Source of the DNA: Bacillota bacterium | Lineage (GTDB): Bacteria; Bacillota; Clostridia; Oscillospirales; Ruminococcaceae | Assembly: GCA_023460035.1 (NCBI GenBank) | Contig: JAEWRN010000043.1 | Location: 85,436-149,435, forward strand | Reading direction: 5' to 3' | DNA length: 64,000 nucleotides | Shown here: positions 1 to 8,984 of the stretch, piece by piece | Position numbering within the stretch: the first letter of the stretch is position 1 | Layout of the letters: each line of letters opens with the position of its first letter | Notes under the pieces: generated by a model | Seen by the model: only the letters and a program-made list of their open reading frames with translations | Told to the model about the DNA's origin: nothing | The model's database searches: none | Made by a program: the position numbers and the translations under genes

Positions 1-2
1 AG

Positions 3-425
3 GGGCTTGCCGCCGGTATTTTTGTGCCGCAGGGCAGTTGCATCGTTGCCGCAGAGGACGCGCGCCGCGGCGAAGTATATGCCGCGGCCTTTGTGCGCGG
101 GCAAGACGGCTTAGTGCGCCTTTGCGACGACACCGCCACCCGGCCAGAGGCCCTTGCGCCACTGCTGTTAGAGCAGAAAAAAACCACATTTTTAGTTGGT
201 GACGGCGCCGAGGTATGTTATAATAATTTGAAAACATTTTTGCCGCTAGAGGTCGTGCCGCCCACATGGCGCCTTGGCCGCGCGGCAGGCGTGGCCCTTT
301 GTGCCTTTGCGGCTTGGCAGCGCGGCGAAGCCACCGATGCCGCACAGCTGCAGCCGGCTTACCATCGGCTAAGCCAGGCACAGCGCCAGCGCCAGGAAAA
401 ACTGAAGGAGAGTGAAAACCAATGA
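3..425 (+). CDS. tsaB: tRNA threonylcarbamoyladenosine biosynthesis protein TsaB (5'-truncated by window edge)
   Basis: Frame is open from the window start. Contains DARRGEVY, VGDGA and C-terminal P.Y.RLSQA.R motifs typical of TsaB/YeaZ. Confidence 0.88.
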   Translation, partial: GLAAGIFVPQGSCIVAAEDARRGEVYAAAFVRGQDGLVRLCDDTATRPEALAPLLLEQKKTTFLVGDGAEVCYNNLKTFLPLEVVPPTWRLGRAAGVALCAFAAWQRGEATDAAQLQPAYHRLSQAQRQRQEKLKESENQ

Positions 426-862
426 TTGCACTTGGAGCAGACCATGGCGGGTTTGAGCTGAAAGAGGCGGTAAAGGCCCACCTTGACAGCGTTGGCGTCG
501 CCTACCGAGATTTTGGCTGTTTTTCTACGGAGAGTGTCGATTACCCCGACATGGCCGCACCGCCCTGCCGGGCAGTCGTGGCCGGTGAATGCGACAAGGC
601 GCTGCTGTTTTGCGGCACCGGTGTCGGCATCAGCATTGCGGCAAACAAAATCCACGGCATTCGCGCCTGCTGCTGCAGCGATGTGTTCAGTGCCAAATAC
701 ACCCGGCTGCACAACGACGCCAACGCCCTTTGCCTTGGCGGGCGGGTTGTCGGCGCAGGCCTTGCCATTGAGCTGGTCGACGTCTTTTTGAATACCGCCT
801 TTGAGGGGGGCCGCCACGCGACCCGCGTCGCGAAGATCACCGCGCTCGAAGACGAGAGATAA
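422..862 (+). CDS. rpiB: Ribose-5-phosphate isomerase B
   Basis: [32 protein letters not shown] and FEGGRH motifs. ATGA overlap with the tsaB stop. Confidence 0.96.
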   Translation: MIALGADHGGFELKEAVKAHLDSVGVAYRDFGCFSTESVDYPDMAAPPCRAVVAGECDKALLFCGTGVGISIAANKIHGIRACCCSDVFSAKYTRLHNDANALCLGGRVVGAGLAIELVDVFLNTAFEGGRHATRVAKITALEDER

Positions 863-951
863 GGTCGTTTTTCCGCTCTGCTGCGCCCGGCGGCCATGGC
901 AGAGCGGTTGCTTTGCAGACACCCCAAACCGCCGGAGAATGGAGAGACAAC

Positions 952-1581
952 ATGAAAGAGCCCATGATCCTGGACCATCCTTTAATCAAACACAAGGTGA
1001 GCCACCTGCGGGATATCAATACGGGAACAAAAGAATTTAAAGAGCTGGTCAGTGAGATTGCGATGCTGATGTGCTATGAGGCAACCCGTGACATGCCGAC
1101 TGAGACCGTGGAAATCACCACCCCGATCACGACCGATAAATTTGAAGTGCTGGCCGGCCGCAAGCTTGCAGTCGTGCCGATTTTGCGCGCGGGCCTTGGC
1201 ATGGTAGAGGGCGTGCTGAACCTCATCCCCGCCGCGAAAGTGGGCCACATTGGCCTGTACCGCGACCCCACCAGCCTGGAACCGGTGGAGTATTACTGCA
1301 AGCTGCCCGCCGATATCTCCGAGCGCGAAGTGATGGTGGTCGACCCGATGCTGGCCACCGGCGGCAGTGCAGCCGACGCGATTACCCAAATTAAAAAGCG
1401 CGGTGCCAAAAACATCAAGTTTTTGTGCATCATCGCCGCGCCGGAAGGCATTAAGCGCCTGCACGAGACCCACCCCGACGTGGATATTTACGCCGCGGCA
1501 CTGGACAAACGCCTGAATGACCACGGTTATATCGTGCCGGGCCTTGGCGATGCCGGGGACCGCATTTTTGGCACCAAATAA
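952..1581 (+). CDS. upp: Uracil phosphoribosyltransferase
   Basis: [26 protein letters not shown] and [17 protein letters not shown] motifs. GGAGAG RBS before the ATG at 952. Confidence 0.97.
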   Translation: MKEPMILDHPLIKHKVSHLRDINTGTKEFKELVSEIAMLMCYEATRDMPTETVEITTPITTDKFEVLAGRKLAVVPILRAGLGMVEGVLNLIPAAKVGHIGLYRDPTSLEPVEYYCKLPADISEREVMVVDPMLATGGSAADAITQIKKRGAKNIKFLCIIAAPEGIKRLHETHPDVDIYAAALDKRLNDHGYIVPGLGDAGDRIFGTK

Positions 1582-1614
1582 GGTACCTTTTTGAGGAGAA
1601 AGGGTGAACTGTTG

Positions 1615-1845
1615 ATGTTGAAGCAGCTTTTTCTCCCTTTGCTGGCACATTTGCTGCTGCTTGCGCTGGACCTTTGGATGCTACAGGTTCTGTTGCAGCA
1701 AACCACTTTTACGGGGGTACTAAAGTGGGTCATGGTAGCTTGCGCTGCATTTCTTGTTCTCTGTATCGTCGCAGCTTATATTCTGCGTATAGTCGACTTT
1801 TTTCAGCAGCGCCGTGAGCAAACCGGCAAGGGGCAAAATCACTGA
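1615..1845 (+). CDS. Small hypothetical membrane protein (two hydrophobic helices)
   Basis: 76 aa ORF after a purine-rich RBS (GAGGAGAAAGGGTG), with two hydrophobic stretches, followed directly by a terminator. Confidence 0.6.
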   Translation: MLKQLFLPLLAHLLLLALDLWMLQVLLQQTTFTGVLKWVMVACAAFLVLCIVAAYILRIVDFFQQRREQTGKGQNH

Positions 1846-1865
1846 GTTTCCCCACCGTTTCTGAC

Positions 1866-1918
1866 AAAAGCAAAACAAAAGCGAAGGGCATTCCCCTTCG
1901 CTTTTGTTTTGCTTTTTT
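1866..1918. terminator. Bidirectional intrinsic terminator
   Basis: Perfect 23-bp inverted repeat AAAAGCAAAACAAAAGCGAAGGG / CCCTTCGCTTTTGTTTTGCTTTT with a 5-nt loop, between convergent genes. Confidence 0.9.
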
Positions 1919-1967
1919 ATATAATTACATTTTTCACATGGGAAGCGTATTGGTTTGTAAATACAAA

Positions 1968-3560
1968 TTAAACAGTTTTCTCTTGAATCTCTTCAGTTCT
2001 TTTGCCTGCTTTTTTAAGGGCACCAAAGAACTCATAAAATTTGTTAGCCATTTTGCTGCCATTCCACTGTGACAATAAAAATATCACATTGAAAATCATA
2101 AATGGAATAGCAATTATTGCCCGCCGGGGGGCGTTTTCGAACAGTTGCAGATAAAGCATAATCCCAAAAATAAATAAATTTGAAAGGAATGTGTAATCTA
2201 ATTTTTTCTTAACTATAGAAACACCTGCACTTAAAGCACTAGAAGCATATAAGAAGAGCATATAAATATTGCTAAATGCGCTTATTATTTGCGATGGTAA
2301 AAATTGAGGCTGTGTGAGATATGCTGTCCAGTTTGACTCAACGGGCCACAAAAGATAAAGATTACTTTCAAACATTCCATTATTCCACGCAAATAACATT
2401 TTATTGCGCAAAAATATTAAAAACTCAAAAAATGAGTATGACCGATAGTTTTCAAAAATGCGTTGCCAAATAGCTGCTGAACGCTCTTGCATTGTCGGGA
2501 AAGAAGCAGCAAAAATAGTATCTGGATAAATTTCTGTTCCTCCTCCAACATCATGACTACCAAATAGCAGCCATAAATTCCATGGTGCCCCAATCTCATC
2601 GCTTCTTGAAAAATCTATGAAACCACTATATCTGTACCAAAGAATAAAAATAACCGTAAACGAAATAAAGCCAAAAAGAAGTAATGTTAAAGACTTCCAC
2701 TTACCTTTAGTGTTACTTAGAAATAAATCAATCACAATTGCCACTAATGCGACGGCAGCTGTGATTTTCATTTGTACACCGAGAGCTATAAGAAAGCCTG
2801 CTAAAAAGCTCAAATATTTTTTATCAGATTTTGAAAGCTTATTTTTAAGGTAACAATAAACACCACCCAAAGTAAATGGTAACACCCATAAATCTGTATA
2901 AAAATTAGGAATACCGAATACAAACGGAAGAAATGCATAACATAAAAGAAGTGTAATAAGCGCGTAACTATTTCTCTTATATACTATTTTAACACAAAGA
3001 GCGATAAATAAAACTGTGAGAGAAACAGCAATAGCAGTTGCAACAATAGCGGGTAATTGCCCCTGACTAGTATTTTCAGGTATACCTGCTTTACCACCTA
3101 AAGCATATATTGCGACATAAATCAATAGTAAACCAATATTATTAGGGAAACGGCAGAAATAATCATTGTTTGTATAAAGTCCAACACCAGGGTAATGAAC
3201 TCCACTGATACTAGGGTTGATTTCATTTAGCTTTCCATCTTTCAAGATGTCTGCGACAGAAGCAAAAATAATATCTGTATCTCCCGGCAAATGGATACGC
3301 ATTTTAAATGCCAGATATATACTAAAAACAAGGGCTACACACAACAACGCAAAAAACAGCACATTAAACTTATGGGCAGACAATTTGTCAATTGGTCGAG
3401 TTAGAGAATTTGCAACTATTAAAAACAATAAAACAAACAGAAAAGTAAGCCCTATTGCCAACACACTGTGCACCATACCTATAAGAACGAAAAAAGTACA
3501 AATAAGAACAAAAAACAACCAAGCAAAAGTATTCTTCATACCATGTGTAATTATGCCCAT
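1968..3560 (-). CDS. Polytopic membrane protein, putative GT-C-fold glycosyltransferase (AT-rich gene)
   Basis: More than 10 hydrophobic segments. The first large external loop has an acidic GDTD motif and YFCRFPNN; YTDLW lies further downstream. RBS AGGTGAGGAG precedes the ATG at 3560. Markedly AT-rich. Confidence 0.6.
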   Translation of the reverse strand: MGIITHGMKNTFAWLFFVLICTFFVLIGMVHSVLAIGLTFLFVLLFLIVANSLTRPIDKLSAHKFNVLFFALLCVALVFSIYLAFKMRIHLPGDTDIIFASVADILKDGKLNEINPSISGVHYPGVGLYTNNDYFCRFPNNIGLLLIYVAIYALGGKAGIPENTSQGQLPAIVATAIAVSLTVLFIALCVKIVYKRNSYALITLLLCYAFLPFVFGIPNFYTDLWVLPFTLGGVYCYLKNKLSKSDKKYLSFLAGFLIALGVQMKITAAVALVAIVIDLFLSNTKGKWKSLTLLLFGFISFTVIFILWYRYSGFIDFSRSDEIGAPWNLWLLFGSHDVGGGTEIYPDTIFAASFPTMQERSAAIWQRIFENYRSYSFFEFLIFLRNKMLFAWNNGMFESNLYLLWPVESNWTAYLTQPQFLPSQIISAFSNIYMLFLYASSALSAGVSIVKKKLDYTFLSNLFIFGIMLYLQLFENAPRRAIIAIPFMIFNVIFLLSQWNGSKMANKFYEFFGALKKAGKRTEEIQEKTV

Positions 3561-3620
3561 TTTTGCTCTCCTCACCTAAATAATCTAATTTTTCATCTCG
3601 CTATTTCTAATGCAAAAACC

Positions 3621-4181
3621 TCATCTGTTCCACAAGGTACATACATCGCCCTTTACAAAATAGGCCTTTTGTGCAAGGCGGGCCAACGGTGCATCAGAGC
3701 TTGAATCAGAATAAAAATTTTCAATGACCGCGCCCGGGTACTGCTGCCACAAGCGTGTCACTTTTTCTGCCCCTTTACAGTTTGGCCCAAGTGTACGGCC
3801 GGTCTGCGCGTCTACCCGCGAAGCGATGGGCGGGCAAACACCGAGTCGCCGGCAGGCGGGGGCAAGCAAAAATTCTGGCGAAGCGGAGATGATTAAATCG
3901 CCCGGCTGCTTTTGCGCGAGGTACCATGGCTGAAACCGGCCCATGTGGGCGCGCCAAAAATCCTCTACCCACTCTTCTATTGCCGGCACCCCTTGCAAAT
4001 ACGAAAAAAACGTCTGTTTAAACGCCTCTTTGTCGGTGCGGCCCAGCAAGTACCGCAGCGCGGCAAAGCATTGCCCCGGCAGATACCGCACCAGCAGCGG
4101 TGCGCGTTTTAAACAGTAGGCCCAAAACGCGCGGGTGCTGTCCCCTTTAAAAATAGTGCCGTCAAAATCATATACATTCAT
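3621..4181 (-). CDS. HAD-superfamily (IB-like) phosphatase
   Basis: Motif I YDFDGT, motif II ISASP, motif III K (GAEK) and motif IV YSDSSSD. Confidence 0.88.
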   Translation of the reverse strand: MNVYDFDGTIFKGDSTRAFWAYCLKRAPLLVRYLPGQCFAALRYLLGRTDKEAFKQTFFSYLQGVPAIEEWVEDFWRAHMGRFQPWYLAQKQPGDLIISASPEFLLAPACRRLGVCPPIASRVDAQTGRTLGPNCKGAEKVTRLWQQYPGAVIENFYSDSSSDAPLARLAQKAYFVKGDVCTLWNR

Positions 4182-4193
4182 ACCGGCACACCG

Positions 4194-5123
4194 TTACAGC
4201 CCGATAATTTTGGAATCGAGAAACACGCCAAGCGCCGGAATATTGATGAACAGCGCCAGAATGAATACCGCCGCCAGCACGATCATATAGATTAGCAGGC
4301 CTTTTTCACGGTACAGCTTTTCGGGCTTTTGCACGGCCGAATCTTTTTTAAAGGCAAGGTGAAAATAAAAGCAGAATAACCCGCAAAGCAGCGGCACCAC
4401 CAGCAGCAGCTCTATTTTGTATTTAATGATAAAAATACCGCACAAAAACAGCGAGCACATTGCGTAAAAAAATGCAGAAATCAGCAGTGATTGCTCTGTA
4501 TATTGCCCAAATGATTTGCGGTACAGCGCCGCGGTGCTTTTGTCGCCAATCATGCGGTATTCTGCATAGCGCTTAATCGCCATCAAAAACGCACCGCCCA
4601 GCCAATAGCCCAGCACAATCGTCACCGGCGGCAAATAGACCGCCGTTACAAAAAACCAGCCCAGCAGCAGGCGAATACCGTTGTTGATTGACTCGGAAAG
4701 CACATCGAGATAAGCAATGTCTTTGGTGCGGAAGGGTTTGACGTTATACAATACCCCCATAACCAGCAGCCAGAGTTCACACACAAAAAACGGCATATTG
4801 ACCAGCAGAGAAGACCCCAGCCCGGCCGCGGCCAGCACCACATATTCTACCGTGACAATTTTGGCGCTCATGGTGTTTTGTACCACCGGGCGCTTTTTTT
4901 TGGTGGGGTGGTACTGGTCAAACTTTGCATCCAGCCATTCGTTGATCACATAGTTTGCCGAAGCGATCATGCAGGTGGAAAAAAAGCTGAGCAGCGCAAA
5001 ACCCGCCAGACTGCCGTAAGACCCTTTCCAGCCCACTAAAAGCAGCGCAAACAGCGTGCCGGGGAAGATAAACAAGTTTTTAATCCAGTGGTCCGGGCGG
5101 GCGATCTTGATATAGTTTTTCAT
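4194..5123 (-). CDS. ubiA: UbiA-family prenyltransferase, decaprenyl-phosphate phosphoribosyltransferase (DPPR synthase)-like
   Basis: RPDHWIKN, ANYVINEWLDAKFDQYHPTKKKRP, LYNVKP and KRYAE motifs match the polyprenyl-phosphate phosphoribosyltransferase branch of UbiA. Confidence 0.82.
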   Translation of the reverse strand: MKNYIKIARPDHWIKNLFIFPGTLFALLLVGWKGSYGSLAGFALLSFFSTCMIASANYVINEWLDAKFDQYHPTKKKRPVVQNTMSAKIVTVEYVVLAAAGLGSSLLVNMPFFVCELWLLVMGVLYNVKPFRTKDIAYLDVLSESINNGIRLLLGWFFVTAVYLPPVTIVLGYWLGGAFLMAIKRYAEYRMIGDKSTAALYRKSFGQYTEQSLLISAFFYAMCSLFLCGIFIIKYKIELLLVVPLLCGLFCFYFHLAFKKDSAVQKPEKLYREKGLLIYMIVLAAVFILALFINIPALGVFLDSKIIGL

Positions 5124-5144
5124 GGTGAAGAACATCCTTTCTGA

Positions 5145-6848
5145 TCAGGTATCGGCCAAAACGGCAGCGAGCTTTCTGCGGCTTTCAAACCACTTGGCCG
5201 TGCCGTACGCCAAAAATGCCAGCATGGGCGCACAGGCCGCCGAGAGATACATCAGGTAAATATCAAACGAAAGCGTCACCGCCATCAAAAAGGCAATCGC
5301 GGCCATGCGCAATAGCCCGGTAAGGAAGAAGCCGAGCATCATCACGCTGCCGGCAAGGTCTGCGGGCGGCTGCTTTTTTTTCAGCCCGCGCACACAGGCG
5401 GGGATATAGCGCACCAGCCACCAACAGGCCAACAACAGCATGGGCCACACCAGCACCCGTTGTACCCATGTAGCAAGATTGAGCAGCTTATAGGCAATCT
5501 GGTTTGGCGGGGCAAAATAAGGTAGTGTCGTATTGGCCTGCGCCGCAATGGTACTTTTGCAGTGCAGGTAACTCTCCCAGTCCGCAGTCTGGTCCGGCCT
5601 CGCAACCGAAAGCACCTGTGTGGGCTTTGTCTGTTCGAACAATGCGAACACTTTCACCTCATCAAAAAACTTGCCAATGGTCGGTGCAACATAGTCTGCC
5701 TTAATGGGCGAAAACACACCGCTGTGTTTTGCCCCTGCCGGCACCAGCCCCTCATCACAGGCGGTATTCACTTCATCAGCTACCGCACGCCAAAACGCCT
5801 CGGCATCCTGTGCGGTGTCGTAATATCCGGCCAGCCACGCCGCTTTGCGCAGTGCCCAGTGAATACCGCCAGAGTTCAGCTCCCCTGTTGCAGTGTCACC
5901 ATAGCCGTTGTACATATCCGGGGTTTCCAGCGTATCCTGAATTTTAGCAAATGTCGGGGATACCTGATACAGTGCAAGCCGTGTGGAGCGCGGCAGCAGC
6001 ACATAGCGTTGCTGGTCATCCGGGTATGCACGGGAAAGTGCGCCCATCGCATCGTTGAATTCTTTAGAAGTAAAATCGCTGACAATAAAACGACCGTAAT
6101 ACTTGTAGTTCATACCGCTCCACGCGGCAATGCCACCGCCCCAGAGCGCCAGCGGCACCAGCAGCAGCGCAAGGCGGCTTTTTTTATTGCGCACACCCTT
6201 ATCCAAAAACAAAAAGGCAAGGTATACCGCCGTCGCACATATAACAAACGGCAGCAACAGCACATTGTCTTCATGGCAAAGCCATGCCGCCGCAAGCGAA
6301 AGGCCGGCGACTATGTAATACGGCAGCGCGCGCACCGGCTTTTCAGCCAGCCGCACAAAAGCCCCAAGCAACCCTGAAAGTGCCAGCAGTACCAGCGAGG
6401 GGTAGATGTTGTCGCGGTAAACGCGCAGCGTGTTTTCGGCCCAGGATGCCGGGGTGTACAGCGTGACGGCAAAAACAAATAAGCGTGCCCAGTTAAACCG
6501 CAGCACCGGTTTCAGCGCCGCCAGCAGCACAAAGCACACCGCGGAAAACAGCAACTGCCCACCCACAACGACATTGACATGCAACAGGTTTAAAAAAGCG
6601 AGCCAAAGCGCATAAAACGAGTGCTTGCCCAGTGTGAGCCAGTCATATTCGCCCAGCCAGTTGCCGGCAGAAATGCTTTTGGCAAGGTTGACCATCAGCG
6701 TATCGTCGATGGGCGAAAGGTCCGGCGAAGCGACGATGAGCTGAAAGCTGCACAAGGCAATCTTGATAGCGGCAAGGGCCAGCGCAAGCGCCCACAGCCA
6801 GCGCGCGCCAAGGTCTCTCTTTGGCAATAGCTTTTTAAGTTTCTGCAT
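5145..6848 (-). CDS. Polytopic membrane protein, putative GT-C-fold glycosyltransferase
   Basis: N-terminal TM followed by a loop with a DD motif (SPIDDTLM...GNWLGEY...TLGK), many TMs and a large central external domain. First gene of the ubiA operon. Confidence 0.55.
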   Translation of the reverse strand: MQKLKKLLPKRDLGARWLWALALALAAIKIALCSFQLIVASPDLSPIDDTLMVNLAKSISAGNWLGEYDWLTLGKHSFYALWLAFLNLLHVNVVVGGQLLFSAVCFVLLAALKPVLRFNWARLFVFAVTLYTPASWAENTLRVYRDNIYPSLVLLALSGLLGAFVRLAEKPVRALPYYIVAGLSLAAAWLCHEDNVLLLPFVICATAVYLAFLFLDKGVRNKKSRLALLLVPLALWGGGIAAWSGMNYKYYGRFIVSDFTSKEFNDAMGALSRAYPDDQQRYVLLPRSTRLALYQVSPTFAKIQDTLETPDMYNGYGDTATGELNSGGIHWALRKAAWLAGYYDTAQDAEAFWRAVADEVNTACDEGLVPAGAKHSGVFSPIKADYVAPTIGKFFDEVKVFALFEQTKPTQVLSVARPDQTADWESYLHCKSTIAAQANTTLPYFAPPNQIAYKLLNLATWVQRVLVWPMLLLACWWLVRYIPACVRGLKKKQPPADLAGSVMMLGFFLTGLLRMAAIAFLMAVTLSFDIYLMYLSAACAPMLAFLAYGTAKWFESRRKLAAVLADT

Positions 6849-7061
6849 GGCTTTTCTCCTTTTTTACGGCATGCAAAGAACGGTTACCGTTTGCTACAGG
6901 CAAGGCCAAATGGGACGTTTTTCCATTGGCCTTCGTTATTATAGCACTGTGCCCCCACCCCCAGCAATGCAACTTGCCGTAAAGCAGGGCACCTATTTGC
7001 CCATTGAAAAACGACACGTTTTGAGGGTACAGTGGATACTTTTTATTTAGTAAAAATCCGG

Positions 7062-8951
7062 CTAATCCAGCCCGTCTTCCGGTGGCGGCGGTGGCACGGG
7101 CAACTGGCCGCCGTGCAGCAACCTCTGCAAACGCTCAAACGCCGCGGGCGAAAGCAATAGCTGTAAAATAATCCAAAGCTTTTGTTTGAAGCTAAGCTTT
7201 GCGGCAAACGCCTGCTGCAACGTCATCTGGTAGCGTCGCTCTAAATAAAAATCACGAATGCCTTTCATGCGAAATTCAATCATATCCGCGCCTTTTTTGT
7301 TGGGGGTTCCAAAAATGCCCGCAAACCGGCTCACATATTCCCGCGCGTTCCAGTATTCCCGCATCAAGTCTTGCCATGGCAGCGCAAACCCGCACAACAG
7401 GCTGCTTTGCTGCGCCACCAGCGGTAGAAAAATTTCCTGCGCCCAATCGGCATGCTCAAGTACATTGATTTCTGCCCACGACAGCGTTGCCAGCGGGACC
7501 ATAACATTGGTGCGGGCAAAAAAGCTGCCGCTGCACAGCCACATCAAAGGTTTACCAAATGTCAGCTTATCAAGCTGCGGGGCAAATTGTAAATAGGGCT
7601 TTGCCTCATCATAGGGTAAAAAGCCGCTGAAACGTTCATCCACTGCATTTTGCAAAGGTAGTAAAATACCAATTCCGGGCTGCCCATTGAGCATCATAAT
7701 ATCATCTGTCACATTCCCCAAAGCTGTAACAGTAGTATCTATCATGCCGTGTCGGTAAAGTCCATCTTTTATTGCTACCGTTATCAACGATAAATAGCAA
7801 ATGTATTCGTACCCCTGTACCTGCTGCCACAACTGGGTAAATAATGTAGAAAACCCATCTTCAGCGCAGAGCAGCACCTGCGCCTGCGGCAGCTTTTGTT
7901 GCACCGCATGCTGTAATGTGGCAGAACCGGCAAGGCAAAACACCCTGCCCCCCTGCGGCACTGTGGCGGCGACAGCGGTAAGGCCGGGCAGAAATTCATC
8001 GTCGTCCATGCGCACAACCAGCGCCACCGTGCCGGTTTGCTCCGCCTGTTGCGCACCCGGGCAAAAGCTGGGGGCCAACGCGGGCAGGTATTCACTGGCC
8101 GGCACCGTGCGGGTGAGGTTTTGTAAAATTAGTTCGACCGGGTAATTGCCCGTTTGCGCCAGCTGCTGGTAAAGCAGCCAACCGGCCCCACCCTGCGGCA
8201 CGCTGAGCACTGCCGTGCGCGGCGTGAAAAAGCTTTTTCGCTTGATAAACGGGCAATTTTTGTCCTGCACCGTTTGCGCGGGCATACCCATCAACGCATA
8301 ATCGGTGTATGATTCCCAGTCTGTACAATCAATGTACGGTTCACCGTGGTAACCCTGATCCTCAAAATATTTGGTAAATTTGACTTCGTGGTAGCTGACG
8401 GCCTCCATATAATCGTGGATCACCGGCAGCGTTTCCCAGTAATCCCAGAACACCGGGGCATGCAGCAATTCCCCGCGCACGGCAAAGAAAAAGCTTTGGA
8501 TGTGTGGGGGAAGATAGCCGTATTCCACTTTATTCCAGATAGTTCCTGTTAAATCGGCTTTCAGCCCCTTGTGTTTGGTTAAGCCCCAAAAATCAAGGTT
8601 TCTGCCGTTCATCTCGCCAAACATTGCATCCAGCGGGGTCAGCGGGCCAAAAATGGTCTGGTTGAAAAACAGCACTTCGTCCGCCTGCATTACTTTTTCT
8701 TGCAGGTGAAACAGCCCCTCTTTGTACCCGGTGATGTCAAGCCCCTCATTGGGGCGCAGCAATAGTTCATCTGATACCGCCTGCAGCTTTTGCCGGCCCT
8801 CTTCATTTAGCTCTCCATTGACCACACAAAGCAGGTAACTGCAAAATGGGCGCACCGCACCCACCAGCACCGGGATATAATCGTCCACAATACCGTCTGC
8901 ATCATAATAAGCAAAAATGCCCACACGGTTTGGTGTTTGTGAAAGCTTCAA
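7062..8951 (-). CDS. Rhamnan synthesis protein F (RgpF) family protein
   Basis: GIFAYYDADGIVDDYI, RPNEGLDITGYK, FGPL...DFWGLT, HIQSFF and CPFIKRKSF motifs. TTG start after AGGGAGG. Confidence 0.82.
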   Translation of the reverse strand: MKLSQTPNRVGIFAYYDADGIVDDYIPVLVGAVRPFCSYLLCVVNGELNEEGRQKLQAVSDELLLRPNEGLDITGYKEGLFHLQEKVMQADEVLFFNQTIFGPLTPLDAMFGEMNGRNLDFWGLTKHKGLKADLTGTIWNKVEYGYLPPHIQSFFFAVRGELLHAPVFWDYWETLPVIHDYMEAVSYHEVKFTKYFEDQGYHGEPYIDCTDWESYTDYALMGMPAQTVQDKNCPFIKRKSFFTPRTAVLSVPQGGAGWLLYQQLAQTGNYPVELILQNLTRTVPASEYLPALAPSFCPGAQQAEQTGTVALVVRMDDDEFLPGLTAVAATVPQGGRVFCLAGSATLQHAVQQKLPQAQVLLCAEDGFSTLFTQLWQQVQGYEYICYLSLITVAIKDGLYRHGMIDTTVTALGNVTDDIMMLNGQPGIGILLPLQNAVDERFSGFLPYDEAKPYLQFAPQLDKLTFGKPLMWLCSGSFFARTNVMVPLATLSWAEINVLEHADWAQEIFLPLVAQQSSLLCGFALPWQDLMREYWNAREYVSRFAGIFGTPNKKGADMIEFRMKGIRDFYLERRYQMTLQQAFAAKLSFKQKLWIILQLLLSPAAFERLQRLLHGGQLPVPPPPPEDGLD

Positions 8952-8984
8952 AAAAAGGCCTCCCTTAGGGGTTGAGTACCGGTT

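Noticed and set aside
422..5123. Functional link between rpiB/upp (R5P and PRPP metabolism) and the PRPP-using UbiA operon
   Set aside because: rpiB-upp is a common housekeeping neighbourhood, is convergently transcribed and is separated by a strong terminator. The adjacency is probably coincidental.
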